This document shows positions 52,772-60,965 of a stretch of 64,000 nt of DNA, one piece after another. A program made the translations under genes and the position numbers. The notes under the pieces were generated by a model that did no database searches, was not told where the DNA came from, and saw nothing but the letters and a program-made list of their open reading frames with translations. Every line of letters begins with the position of its first letter. Positions within the stretch are counted from its first letter, which is position 1. Source of the stretch: a virus; the IMG/VR virus record IMGVR_UViG_3300042090_002485, positions 32,001 to 96,000 of that record. One strand, 5' to 3'.

Positions 52772-54280
52772 ATGCTAACCAAACTGTCTGAGTTCTTCGT
52801 CTACATGCTGGTCCGCAAGGGGTTCTACGGCCGGCTCGCATCCAGCATGACCCGCGTTGCGACCAACCGCATCCCGACCCTGGCCGTCGGCATGCGCGAT
52901 GGACGCATCACGCTGTTCTACAATCCGACGTTCCTCGACGGCCTGTCGTACAAGGCCGCAGCGTTCATCCTCGAGCACGAGATGATGCACGTCATCCTCG
53001 ACCACATCCCGAGGTTCCTCGAGCTGCTTGCGGTGTGTCCAACGGACCAGGACCGTGTCAAGGCGGCCGCGGTCTACAACATCGCAATGGACGCGCCGAT
53101 CAACGACCTGTTGCGCGGCCACGAGGGCTTCCAGGAGGCTGACGACTACACCAAGCAGTACGTCCTCACCGAAGTCAGGAAGCGAACTGGCGACGAGACG
53201 AGCCAGCCGCACGAGAAGGACGGCATGGTGCTGCCCGAGCGCTTTGAGCTGCCGGTGAGTGGTTCGTTCGAGGACTACCTCTGGGTGCTGATGCAGCGCG
53301 TACACATCGTCGAAATCGCAATCCAGCTGGTCGGTGGCTCGAACCATCAGATGTGGATCCAGGGCGGCGCAGGCGAGGGTGACCAGCCGGGCAACAAACA
53401 GGGCGAGAGCGACGGCGAGCAGGACGGCGACGGCCAGCAACCTGGCGGCAAGGGCAAGGGCAAGGACGGCAAGAAGGGGCCCGTGGACTACATCTTCGGC
53501 GACGCTGCCGAAGGCGTGTCCGCCGGTGACCTGTTGTCCCAGGCGCACAACGCGCGCCAGCACCTCAAGAACACGCTGCGCTCCGTCGTGCGCTCGAACG
53601 GAGGGCTGGGCCGTGGGCTCCTGCCTGGCAACCTCGAGGAGTGGCTCGAGGCCTACCTCGCTGACCCGGTGATGCCGTGGTGGGAGATCTTCTCAACGCG
53701 GGCGAAGATGTCGCGGGCATCGAAGCAGCGGCGTTCGGTCGCGTTGCCCAACCGCATGCTGCTCGGCCTGGCCGAGGAGGACGACCGCGTCATCCCGACG
53801 CCCGGCAAGACCCGCGACAAGTCGTGGCGTGTGTTCGCCATGGTCGACACGTCGGGGTCAATGGACACCGAGTCGCTACGCATCTTCCAGAGCGAGCTGC
53901 ACGCCATGCTCTCCGTCGACGAGAACATGGAGGTCCGCTACATGCAGGGCGATGCCGCGGTGCACTTCGACCTGGTGCTCAAGACGGGAGACCCCATCCC
54001 GGGCAACATGATCGGGCGCGGCGGCACCGACTTCACGGCGTACTTCGAGTACATGAAGCAGTACTGCGATGACCCGGAAACGACGCCAGACATCGTCGTC
54101 GTCTACACCGACGGCTTCGCGCCGCCGATCGCGCCCGAGAGCCGGCTGTCCATCGAGATCCCGGTGATCTGGTTGGTCACGCCGCAGCACGCTACGCAGA
54201 TGGCAGACGGCTACGGCGAGATCATCGTGTGCGACCCGGAGCACAACGAGCGGTATCGGGACGAGGATGAAGCGGCGTGA
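52772..54280 (+). CDS. DUF2201-type HExxH metallopeptidase plus VWA-like domain protein
   Basis: ILEHEMMH, YNIAMDAPIN, a Gly/Asp linker, MVDTSGSM, GRGGTDF and VYTDG. Confidence 0.8.
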   Translation: MLTKLSEFFVYMLVRKGFYGRLASSMTRVATNRIPTLAVGMRDGRITLFYNPTFLDGLSYKAAAFILEHEMMHVILDHIPRFLELLAVCPTDQDRVKAAAVYNIAMDAPINDLLRGHEGFQEADDYTKQYVLTEVRKRTGDETSQPHEKDGMVLPERFELPVSGSFEDYLWVLMQRVHIVEIAIQLVGGSNHQMWIQGGAGEGDQPGNKQGESDGEQDGDGQQPGGKGKGKDGKKGPVDYIFGDAAEGVSAGDLLSQAHNARQHLKNTLRSVVRSNGGLGRGLLPGNLEEWLEAYLADPVMPWWEIFSTRAKMSRASKQRRSVALPNRMLLGLAEEDDRVIPTPGKTRDKSWRVFAMVDTSGSMDTESLRIFQSELHAMLSVDENMEVRYMQGDAAVHFDLVLKTGDPIPGNMIGRGGTDFTAYFEYMKQYCDDPETTPDIVVVYTDGFAPPIAPESRLSIEIPVIWLVTPQHATQMADGYGEIIVCDPEHNERYRDEDEAA

Positions 54281-54483
54281 GCCGTACTGCGTACGAGGGC
54301 CGCTGGGAAGATCAGTACGGAGTGGTTCACGCGGGTTGTTTCCTTCGAGAGGTAACACCAAATAAACGTCCAGTCGTCGGAACAGCATGCACGTCTTTAT
54401 CGGCCGGACGTGTACTTCAATTACATGAGCGTCCGAAACGGGCGCTAGTCACATGTGTGCTATGCGTCGCGAGCGGTTCGTAG
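54277..54483 (+). CDS. Zinc-finger microprotein, copy 1
   Basis: DQYGVVH...TAC...VTCVLC. Confidence 0.6.
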   Translation: MSRTAYEGRWEDQYGVVHAGCFLREVTPNKRPVVGTACTSLSAGRVLQLHERPKRALVTCVLCVASGS

Positions 54484-54659
54484 ACCAGGACGGCGTCGTT
54501 CACGGTTCCCTACGGTACCCTGCAAACGTCGGGTGCCTGACCATTGCGTGTGAGACGCAGCTCTATCGATATGGGCATTTTGAACGTCTAAAGGTCGACC
54601 AATGCGAAAACGAGCGCGTCGTAACATGCGTCCGATGCCTCGCCCTACTATCGTCCTGA
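54453..54659 (+). CDS. Zinc-finger microprotein, copy 2
   Basis: DQDGVVH...IAC...VTCVRC. Confidence 0.6.
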   Translation: MCAMRRERFVDQDGVVHGSLRYPANVGCLTIACETQLYRYGHFERLKVDQCENERVVTCVRCLALLSS

Positions 54660-54847
54660 CTAGACACCTAGATGTTCATGGCGTCGTGCACTACAAGCAT
54701 GGCGGCTTGTTAACCATCACACTGTGCGGTCATGATCTTGACGGTATTTTTCGATTCAACGAAATCCTAACTTCCGCACCGGTCACATGCGTCCGGTGCA
54801 TCCATGAATTTCACGAATTCAACGAACCTCAGAAAGAGCAACCATGA
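54602..54847 (+). CDS. Zinc-finger microprotein, copy 3 (true start may be downstream)
   Basis: DVHGVVH...TLC...VTCVRC. Confidence 0.6.
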   Translation: MRKRARRNMRPMPRPTIVLTRHLDVHGVVHYKHGGLLTITLCGHDLDGIFRFNEILTSAPVTCVRCIHEFHEFNEPQKEQP

Positions 54848-55992
54848 TCCACCACGACCACCGCGACTACGACCAGGCCGTCGATGCGACGGCAAAGCGC
54901 TTCCGGGCCCAGCTCGAGGAGACCATCCACAAGAGCCAGGGCTCTGCGATGTCCGTCATCGAGAAGGTGCAGAACGAGACGCCGCGCGACGCGCTCGCTG
55001 ACTCGAAGGCACTCGAGTTCGCAGTCGACGGGACCGAAGGCTCCAACGCCATCATGATCGGCCTGCAGAACCGCCGCGCGGAGCACTACTTCTGCGACAA
55101 GCTCCACAAGAACGGGCTCGACCAGGTCGCCGAGCGCGCGGGCATCCCCGGGACCTACGTCAACCGGTTGCTCGACCGGCCCTACGGTCGTGAACTGATC
55201 GTCGAGAACCTATCGCGCATCTACCGCGAAGAGGACAACAAGAAGCTGCTCGTCCGGTCGGTGAACGGCGAGGTTCGCGGCGTTCTGTCCAACGCGTTCA
55301 AGCGCATGGACTCAGGTCCCATCATCGAGGCGTTCGCGCAGGCGTGCGCAGACATCGGCGCGCAGCCCGTGGAGGGCATCGGCGGCGATCTGCGCTGGGC
55401 GATCAAGGCGATCTTGCCGATGGTGTTCCAGCCGTCGAAGAAGCCGGGGTCCGAGGAGCTGATCGCGTTCGGCGTTCAGCTGTCGAACAGCGACTTCGGC
55501 AAGGGCACGCTGAGCCTCAACGCCTTCATGACGCGCGTGGTCTGCACGAACTACGCGACGTTGCAGCAGGTGTTGCGCGAGGCGCACCTGGGCAAGCGGC
55601 TCACCGACGACATGGTGTTCTCGCAGCAGACCTACGAGCTGGACACCAAGACGCAGGTGTCGGCCATCAACGACCTGGTGCGCGGCACGCTTGCACCCGG
55701 CAAGGTCAACGAGCTGGTCGGCTGCATCGGCCAGGCGCTCGAGGAACGCATCGACACCAAGTCGGTGTGGGCGGAGCTGCCCAAGCGCGGCCTGCTCAAG
55801 GGCGAGATCGACCAGGTCAAGGAGCTGTTCGTCGACGGCGACGTCGAGATCTTGCCGCAGGGCACGACCAAGGCGCGGCTCGCCAACGCCATCAGCTGGT
55901 TCGCCAAGAGCGCGACGCCGGAACGGCGGCTCGAGCTGGAAGAGGTCGCCGGCGAGATAATGGTGCCGCAGGAGAAGAAGAAAGCGGCGTGA
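54844..55992 (+). CDS. DUF932-family protein
   Basis: VRGVLSNAFKRMDS and GVQLSNSDFGKGTLSLNAFMTRVVCTN. Confidence 0.7.
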   Translation: MIHHDHRDYDQAVDATAKRFRAQLEETIHKSQGSAMSVIEKVQNETPRDALADSKALEFAVDGTEGSNAIMIGLQNRRAEHYFCDKLHKNGLDQVAERAGIPGTYVNRLLDRPYGRELIVENLSRIYREEDNKKLLVRSVNGEVRGVLSNAFKRMDSGPIIEAFAQACADIGAQPVEGIGGDLRWAIKAILPMVFQPSKKPGSEELIAFGVQLSNSDFGKGTLSLNAFMTRVVCTNYATLQQVLREAHLGKRLTDDMVFSQQTYELDTKTQVSAINDLVRGTLAPGKVNELVGCIGQALEERIDTKSVWAELPKRGLLKGEIDQVKELFVDGDVEILPQGTTKARLANAISWFAKSATPERRLELEEVAGEIMVPQEKKKAA

Positions 55993-56126
55993 CGCTCGTC
56001 CTCGCGTGCTTCTTGTGGGCGTGGGCCTGGGGCGGCGTCGCCAACTGGGATGGCGGCGACGGCGACGATGACGACGACATGCCGGTCGACGACATGCCTG
56101 ACGTCCCGCCGCAGCTGCGGCCGTAG
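55989..56126 (+). CDS. Small membrane peptide with acidic tail (45 aa, GTG start)
   Basis: MTLVLACFLWAWAWGG...GDDDDD; GTGA overlap. Confidence 0.4.
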   Translation: MTLVLACFLWAWAWGGVANWDGGDGDDDDDMPVDDMPDVPPQLRP

Positions 56127-56135
56127 TTATCCGCC

Positions 56136-56210
56136 GGGGCCCCCCCCTTTTTTTTTTTTTGGCCCCAACGAATCGCGCCACAATTTGGCGCGATCGCGCC
56201 AATCGCGCCA
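56136..56210. terminator. Probable bidirectional terminator region with C8-T13 run and ATCGCGCCA repeats
   Basis: Between convergent genes. GGGGCC...GGCCCC flank C8T13; hairpin ATCGCGCCA-caatt-TGGCGCGAT. Confidence 0.5.
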
Positions 56211-57191
56211 CTAACCCGGGACGTACGGAACCGACGTCGGGTCGAAGTCTGGGCACACCGCAAGCACCGCGGCAAGCGCGGCGGCGGTCAGCGCGGTCGC
56301 TGCGGTCAAGGCCTGCGCCTGCGTGATCTGGTTGTTCTGCGCCGCCGCGAGCGCGGTCGCCGAGTTCGTGACGTCGGTCAGGCGCGCGGTCTGGTAGGCC
56401 GATGCCGCGGTCGTCGCCGCAGTCGCGTCGGTCTGGTAGCCCGGCATCGATGCCTGCTGGGTCTGCGCCAGCGTGACCGCGGCGAGCATCGCGGCCGCGC
56501 CAGCGCCGCCCGTGTTCGCGGTGTAGAACGTGTTCGCGGCCGTGAGCAGCGCGCTGAACTGCGTCACGACCGTCGTCATCTCGGTCTGGACCAACGTCGC
56601 CTTGGTGACGACGCTCGCGATGCCAGTCAGCAGGCTCGACTTGTACGTGTAATCTGCCTGCGCAGCAGTCAGCGCAGCGTTGGCGGCGGTCGAGGTTTGC
56701 TGCTGGGTGTAACCTGCCTGCTTGGCGGCGGCGTACGCGTTGATCAGCGCCTGCGCCTGCGTCGGGTCGACGCGCGGCAGCGTGTACATCGCGGGCGTCG
56801 GCGTCGGCGCGCTGAACTCGCTCTCGAACAGGATCCAGTCGCTGATCAGCGTGTTGACGCGGTCGACGAACGTGGTCGCCGCCGTGTTGGCTGTCTGCAG
56901 GTCGGAGTAGCTGACCGTAGCAGCCTGCGACAGGTACTCGATGCCGTTGGGGCCTGGCGCCGCGATGCCTGCGTCGCGGCCGATCGGCAGGAGCGAGAGA
57001 TCGGCGATGCCCGCGACGCGTGCCAGCAGGTCCTGAGTCGGGTCGTTCGGGTCGGAGACCGCGATGACGAAGATGTTGAGATGCGGCAGCTCGGTCGGAA
57101 TTGCCGCCGAGGCCATGAAGTTCTGGATGACGAACGACTCAGCGGCACCAACCACCAACTCGGGGCTTCGCACTTGTTCAAAGATGGCCAC
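56211..57191 (-). CDS. Putative virion protein with Ala/Thr/Gln coiled coil
   Basis: N-terminal ~120-aa domain, then a long A/T/Q helix. Confidence 0.5.
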   Translation of the reverse strand: MAIFEQVRSPELVVGAAESFVIQNFMASAAIPTELPHLNIFVIAVSDPNDPTQDLLARVAGIADLSLLPIGRDAGIAAPGPNGIEYLSQAATVSYSDLQTANTAATTFVDRVNTLISDWILFESEFSAPTPTPAMYTLPRVDPTQAQALINAYAAAKQAGYTQQQTSTAANAALTAAQADYTYKSSLLTGIASVVTKATLVQTEMTTVVTQFSALLTAANTFYTANTGGAGAAAMLAAVTLAQTQQASMPGYQTDATAATTAASAYQTARLTDVTNSATALAAAQNNQITQAQALTAATALTAAALAAVLAVCPDFDPTSVPYVPG

Positions 57192-57192
57192 G

Positions 57193-57561
57193 TCAGCAGC
57201 TCGTCACGGTGGTGGTGGTCGTGCCAACCAGCGGGCCCTGTAGCGCGTTGATCTCGTTGGCCAGCGACTGGGCGCGGCATAACGAATACGACAGGTCGTA
57301 GTTCATCCTCTTGACGGTGTCCCATACCCGCGTAACCGCAGGCAAGCGATAGAAGGAGGCGCCGATCTGCGCAGCGACGTTTGGATCTGTGGGCCACTGC
57401 GTCATGTCGGCCGCGGTAGCGTAGTGGCTGAAGCACTGCGTCGAAGTTTTGAAAACGTAGATGTTGGGGTCGGCTCCGACCGCCGTGACCACCACGTTCG
57501 CGACCTGGTACTTGTCCACCTGAACGATCGACGTGGTTTGCTGGAGCGTGAAGCTGACCAC
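57193..57561 (-). CDS. Putative virion protein (122 aa), apparent paralog of the N-domain of 56211-57191
   Basis: AGGAG SD and an upstream CCCTATAATT. Confidence 0.5.
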   Translation of the reverse strand: MVSFTLQQTTSIVQVDKYQVANVVVTAVGADPNIYVFKTSTQCFSHYATAADMTQWPTDPNVAAQIGASFYRLPAVTRVWDTVKRMNYDLSYSLCRAQSLANEINALQGPLVGTTTTTVTSC

Positions 57562-57608
57562 GGGATCTCCTAGATCGTCGCGCGAGAACTTGCGAAAGCC
57601 CGCCCTAA

Positions 57609-57617
57609 AATTATAGG
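57609..57617 (-). promoter_or_regulatory. Putative late promoter CCTATAATT
   Basis: Intergenic, upstream of the GTG at 57561. Confidence 0.55.
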
Positions 57618-57638
57618 GTGGCGGCTCCGCGTTCTGCC

Positions 57639-58184
57639 ATGAGGTTCTTAGGGATCGATCAGTCGCTGCGCGCGACCGGGTTGTGTCGGCTGAACGGCGA
57701 TGGTGCCGTGACGGCCTCCGCGACCGTCACTACTGGCGACCTACGGGATGGCGAGCGCCTTTCCTTCATCCGTCGCGCCGTCATGGGACTGCTCGATGGC
57801 GTCACCTTCGCCACGATCGAAGGTTACTCCTACGACTCGGTGGGTCGCGTGTTCGAGCTGGGCGAGGTTGGCGGCGTCATCAAGCTCACGCTGGTCGAAC
57901 GCGAGGTTCCGTACATCGTCGTACCGCCTGTCCTGGTCAAGAAGTACGCGACTGGTAACCCCATGGCGACCAAGGAGCAGGTCATCGCGGCGGCGCGTGC
58001 AGGCAGCTTTGAGCCAGGGGATGACAACCAGGCCGACGCCTTTTTCCTGGCGCACATCGCGCGGGCGTGTTCGATAGACGTTGCTCGCTACCGCCGCGAG
58101 TTGGAGGTGCTGCGCACGCTCAGGGAGCCGCGCCGCAAGAAAACAGTCCGTCGTGTGCGCCGTTTGATCAAAGCGGCCGTCTGA
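57639..58184 (+). CDS. ruvC: RuvC-like Holliday junction resolvase
   Basis: FLGIDQSL, TIEGYS, ELGEVGG, KKYATG..ATKEQV and DNQADAF. Confidence 0.85.
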   Translation: MRFLGIDQSLRATGLCRLNGDGAVTASATVTTGDLRDGERLSFIRRAVMGLLDGVTFATIEGYSYDSVGRVFELGEVGGVIKLTLVEREVPYIVVPPVLVKKYATGNPMATKEQVIAAARAGSFEPGDDNQADAFFLAHIARACSIDVARYRRELEVLRTLREPRRKKTVRRVRRLIKAAV

Positions 58185-58206
58185 CAACCGAAGAGGAGCC
58201 AAGTCG

Positions 58207-60447
58207 ATGCAACCGTCGTTCGATCTTCCCATTGTTCAACCCACCACGGTTCGCAAGCGCGACGGCCACACGACACAGCCGTTCGACGTCGGGAAGATCG
58301 AAGCTGCGGTAAGGAAGGCCTGGCTGGAAGTCGAGGGCGCCGCCGACGCCGAGGAAGTCCAACGCGTCGTCACCTTCGTCGCAGCGACGCTCCCCGCGGA
58401 GGTCGCCGACGTCGAGCAGATCCAGGACGCCGTCGAGGTCGCGCTCATGCGCGCTAAGAAGTTCGCGGTCGCGAAGGCCTACATCCTCTACCGGAACATG
58501 CGTTCCGAGGCGCGCGCCGAGCGCCGCCACCCAGACTCGCTCGCGGTATCGGAATACATCCACGCCGGCAAGTACGCGCGCTACATCCAGGAGCTGCAGC
58601 GTCGCGAGGTCTACGACGAGACTGTCGACCGCGTCGAAGGCATGCACCTTCGCCGCTTCGCGCATCTGCCACAGCTCCTGCCGCACATCCGGCGCGCGTA
58701 TGACATCGTGCGCGCCAAGCGCGTCCTGCCGTCGATGCGATCGATGCAGTTCGGCGGTCGCGCCGTCGAAGTCAACCATAACCGACAGTACAACTGCGCC
58801 GCCACACTGATTGACCGGCCACGCGCCTTCGCCGAAGCGATGTTCCTCCTGCTGTCGGGTTGCGGCGTTGGCTACTCCGTCCAGTTCGAACACGTCGAGA
58901 AGCTCCCGCCGATCGCGGACATCGACTACAAGAAGGTCGTCCACCACGTCATCGACGACACGATCGAGGGCTGGGCCATCGCGCTCGACGCTCTGGTCAA
59001 CGGCTTCATCGGCGGCTACCACGTCGAGTTCGCCTACCACCAGATCCGCCGAGCGGGCACGCCGCTCAAGACGTCGGGTGGCCGCGCTCCGGGACATCTG
59101 AAGCTCAAGCTCGCGCTCGAGCGCGTGCGCGGGGTGCTCGAAGGCGCACAGGGCCGCCGGCTGTGGCCAGTCGAGTGTCACCGCATCATGTGCCACACAG
59201 CCGACGCGGTGCTGTCGGGCGGCATCCGCCGCAGCGCGATGATCTGTCTGTTCTCGCTCGAGGACAGCGAGATGATGAATATCAAGTCGTACCGCGGCTG
59301 GGACAAGAAGGAGCCGTGGCTCGTCAACGCCAACAACTCGGTCGTGCTCAAGCGCGACGAGATCAAGGAGAAGCAGTTCAAGCGCATCTTCGGGATGACG
59401 CGGAACTACGGCGAGCCGGGCGTGTTGTTCGTCAACGACTACGACCACGTCACCAACCCGTGCGCCGAGATCGGCCTCGACCCGGTGCTGGTCAACGCCG
59501 ACGGCTCGAGGTCGACGGGCTGGGCGATGTGCAACCTGTGCGAGATCAACGCGGCGAAGCTGACGTCGTTCGACGACTTCGTCGAGGCCGCGTGGGCAGC
59601 GACCCTGATTGGCACGATGCAAGCGACCTACACGGACATGCCGTTCCTGGGCAAGGTCACCGAGGCGATCGTCCGGCGCGACGCGCTGCTCGGCATCGGC
59701 ATGACCGGCATGCAGGACGCCCCGCATATCGCGTGCAACCCCGCCTTCCAGCGCGCGATCGCCGAACGCATCGTCGCGTGGAACCGCGAGTGGGCGGAGT
59801 TGCTCGGCATCAACCCCGCGGCGCGGACAACGTGTGTGAAGCCGTCGGGCACGACGTCGCTCGAGCTGGGCAACGTCGGCTCGGGCATTCACCCGCACCA
59901 CGCCCGGCGCTACATCCGTCGCGTCACCGCCGACGAGTACGAGATCCCATTCCAGGCGTTCAAGCAAATCAACCCGCACATGTGTCAGCAGATGCCGAAT
60001 GGCAAGTGGACCATCGAATTCCCGGTCGAGGCCCCCGACGGCGCGATGCTCAAGGAGGACCTGTCGGCTGAGCAGTTCATGGACGTGGTTCGGTCCACCC
60101 AGGACAGCTGGGTGCTCCCTGGCCGCGCCCGCCCCGACCAGTCGCCGGGCCTGTCGCACAACGTGTCGAACACCATCACGGTTCGCTCGGACGAGTGGGG
60201 CACGGTCGCGGACTACCTGTGGAAGCACCGCGATAGCTTCACGGGCGTTTCGCTGCTGCCGGACACCGGCGATACGATCTACCCGTTCGCGCCGTTCGAG
60301 GCCGTAAAGACGGAGGCACAGGAGCGGCGCTGGAACGAGCTGATCGCGCACTACCGCCCGGTCGACTACTTCTCGATGGTCGAGGCCGAAGACGGTACCA
60401 GTGTGACGGCAGAGCCGGCATGCGCCAGCGGTGCTTGCGCCATCTGA
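58207..60447 (+). CDS. nrdJ: Class II (adenosylcobalamin) ribonucleotide reductase with N-terminal ATP cone
   Basis: VRKRDG...FDVGKI (cone), LPSMRSM, YNCA, TNPCAEI, MCNLCEIN, TCVKPSGT and a C-terminal CASGAC. No small subunit seen. Confidence 0.85.
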   Translation: MQPSFDLPIVQPTTVRKRDGHTTQPFDVGKIEAAVRKAWLEVEGAADAEEVQRVVTFVAATLPAEVADVEQIQDAVEVALMRAKKFAVAKAYILYRNMRSEARAERRHPDSLAVSEYIHAGKYARYIQELQRREVYDETVDRVEGMHLRRFAHLPQLLPHIRRAYDIVRAKRVLPSMRSMQFGGRAVEVNHNRQYNCAATLIDRPRAFAEAMFLLLSGCGVGYSVQFEHVEKLPPIADIDYKKVVHHVIDDTIEGWAIALDALVNGFIGGYHVEFAYHQIRRAGTPLKTSGGRAPGHLKLKLALERVRGVLEGAQGRRLWPVECHRIMCHTADAVLSGGIRRSAMICLFSLEDSEMMNIKSYRGWDKKEPWLVNANNSVVLKRDEIKEKQFKRIFGMTRNYGEPGVLFVNDYDHVTNPCAEIGLDPVLVNADGSRSTGWAMCNLCEINAAKLTSFDDFVEAAWAATLIGTMQATYTDMPFLGKVTEAIVRRDALLGIGMTGMQDAPHIACNPAFQRAIAERIVAWNREWAELLGINPAARTTCVKPSGTTSLELGNVGSGIHPHHARRYIRRVTADEYEIPFQAFKQINPHMCQQMPNGKWTIEFPVEAPDGAMLKEDLSAEQFMDVVRSTQDSWVLPGRARPDQSPGLSHNVSNTITVRSDEWGTVADYLWKHRDSFTGVSLLPDTGDTIYPFAPFEAVKTEAQERRWNELIAHYRPVDYFSMVEAEDGTSVTAEPACASGACAI

Positions 60448-60471
60448 CGTCGGCACGGTAAACATAGACGC

Positions 60472-60678
60472 ATGCATAACTGCGACAATTGCCAGGTGCC
60501 CTTCGATCCCGACAAGGAGGGCCTGGTTACCCGCGAGCGGGGACGTTTGGCGTCCGGCATCTGCGCCGCCTGCATCAAGGACGTGACGCTCCTCAAGATT
60601 GTCCTACGACGCAAGGATGTCGGCGGGTTTGCGTACGAGCAGTACGCTCCGCTCGAAGTCCGCAAGAAGGCCGGGTGA
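60472..60678 (+). CDS. Small CxxC/CxxC protein (68 aa)
   Basis: CDNC...CAAC. Confidence 0.5.
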   Translation: MHNCDNCQVPFDPDKEGLVTRERGRLASGICAACIKDVTLLKIVLRRKDVGGFAYEQYAPLEVRKKAG

Positions 60679-60965
60679 CGTCTCGCGTCGACCACAAGCT
60701 CGGCCTGACCCCGATGCTGAAGCGGCTGGCGTTCTACTACCTGCAGCGCGGCGTCGGTGAGTACACCGGCGAGCCATTGCCCGCGATCTACACGAAGATC
60801 GTGGTGCGCTCGCTGTACGACTGGAAGACGCCGAGCGACCCGGAGCTGCCGAGCCAAGGCGGCGTCGTCGTCGAGTTCTTCCGCGGTGAGCGGCGCGTGC
60901 GCTGGGTCGAGTTCGGCTGTCGGGTGATCGGCGGCGGCGGCGACCCGATCGTCCGCGAGGTCTAG
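60675..60965 (+). CDS. Hypothetical protein (96 aa, GTG start)
   Basis: GTGA overlap with the previous stop; normal composition. Confidence 0.5.
   Translation: MTSRVDHKLGLTPMLKRLAFYYLQRGVGEYTGEPLPAIYTKIVVRSLYDWKTPSDPELPSQGGVVVEFFRGERRVRWVEFGCRVIGGGGDPIVREV

Noticed and set aside
5668-60477. Numerous long antisense or alternate-frame ORFs (e.g. 5668-7671, 10833-12977, 15050-16867, 24656-27208, 37135-39129, 42559-44040, 47979-49703, 50997-52778, 58168-60477)
   Set aside because: These are the expected shadows of GC3-rich coding sequence: biased composition, no motifs, and complete overlap with well-supported genes.
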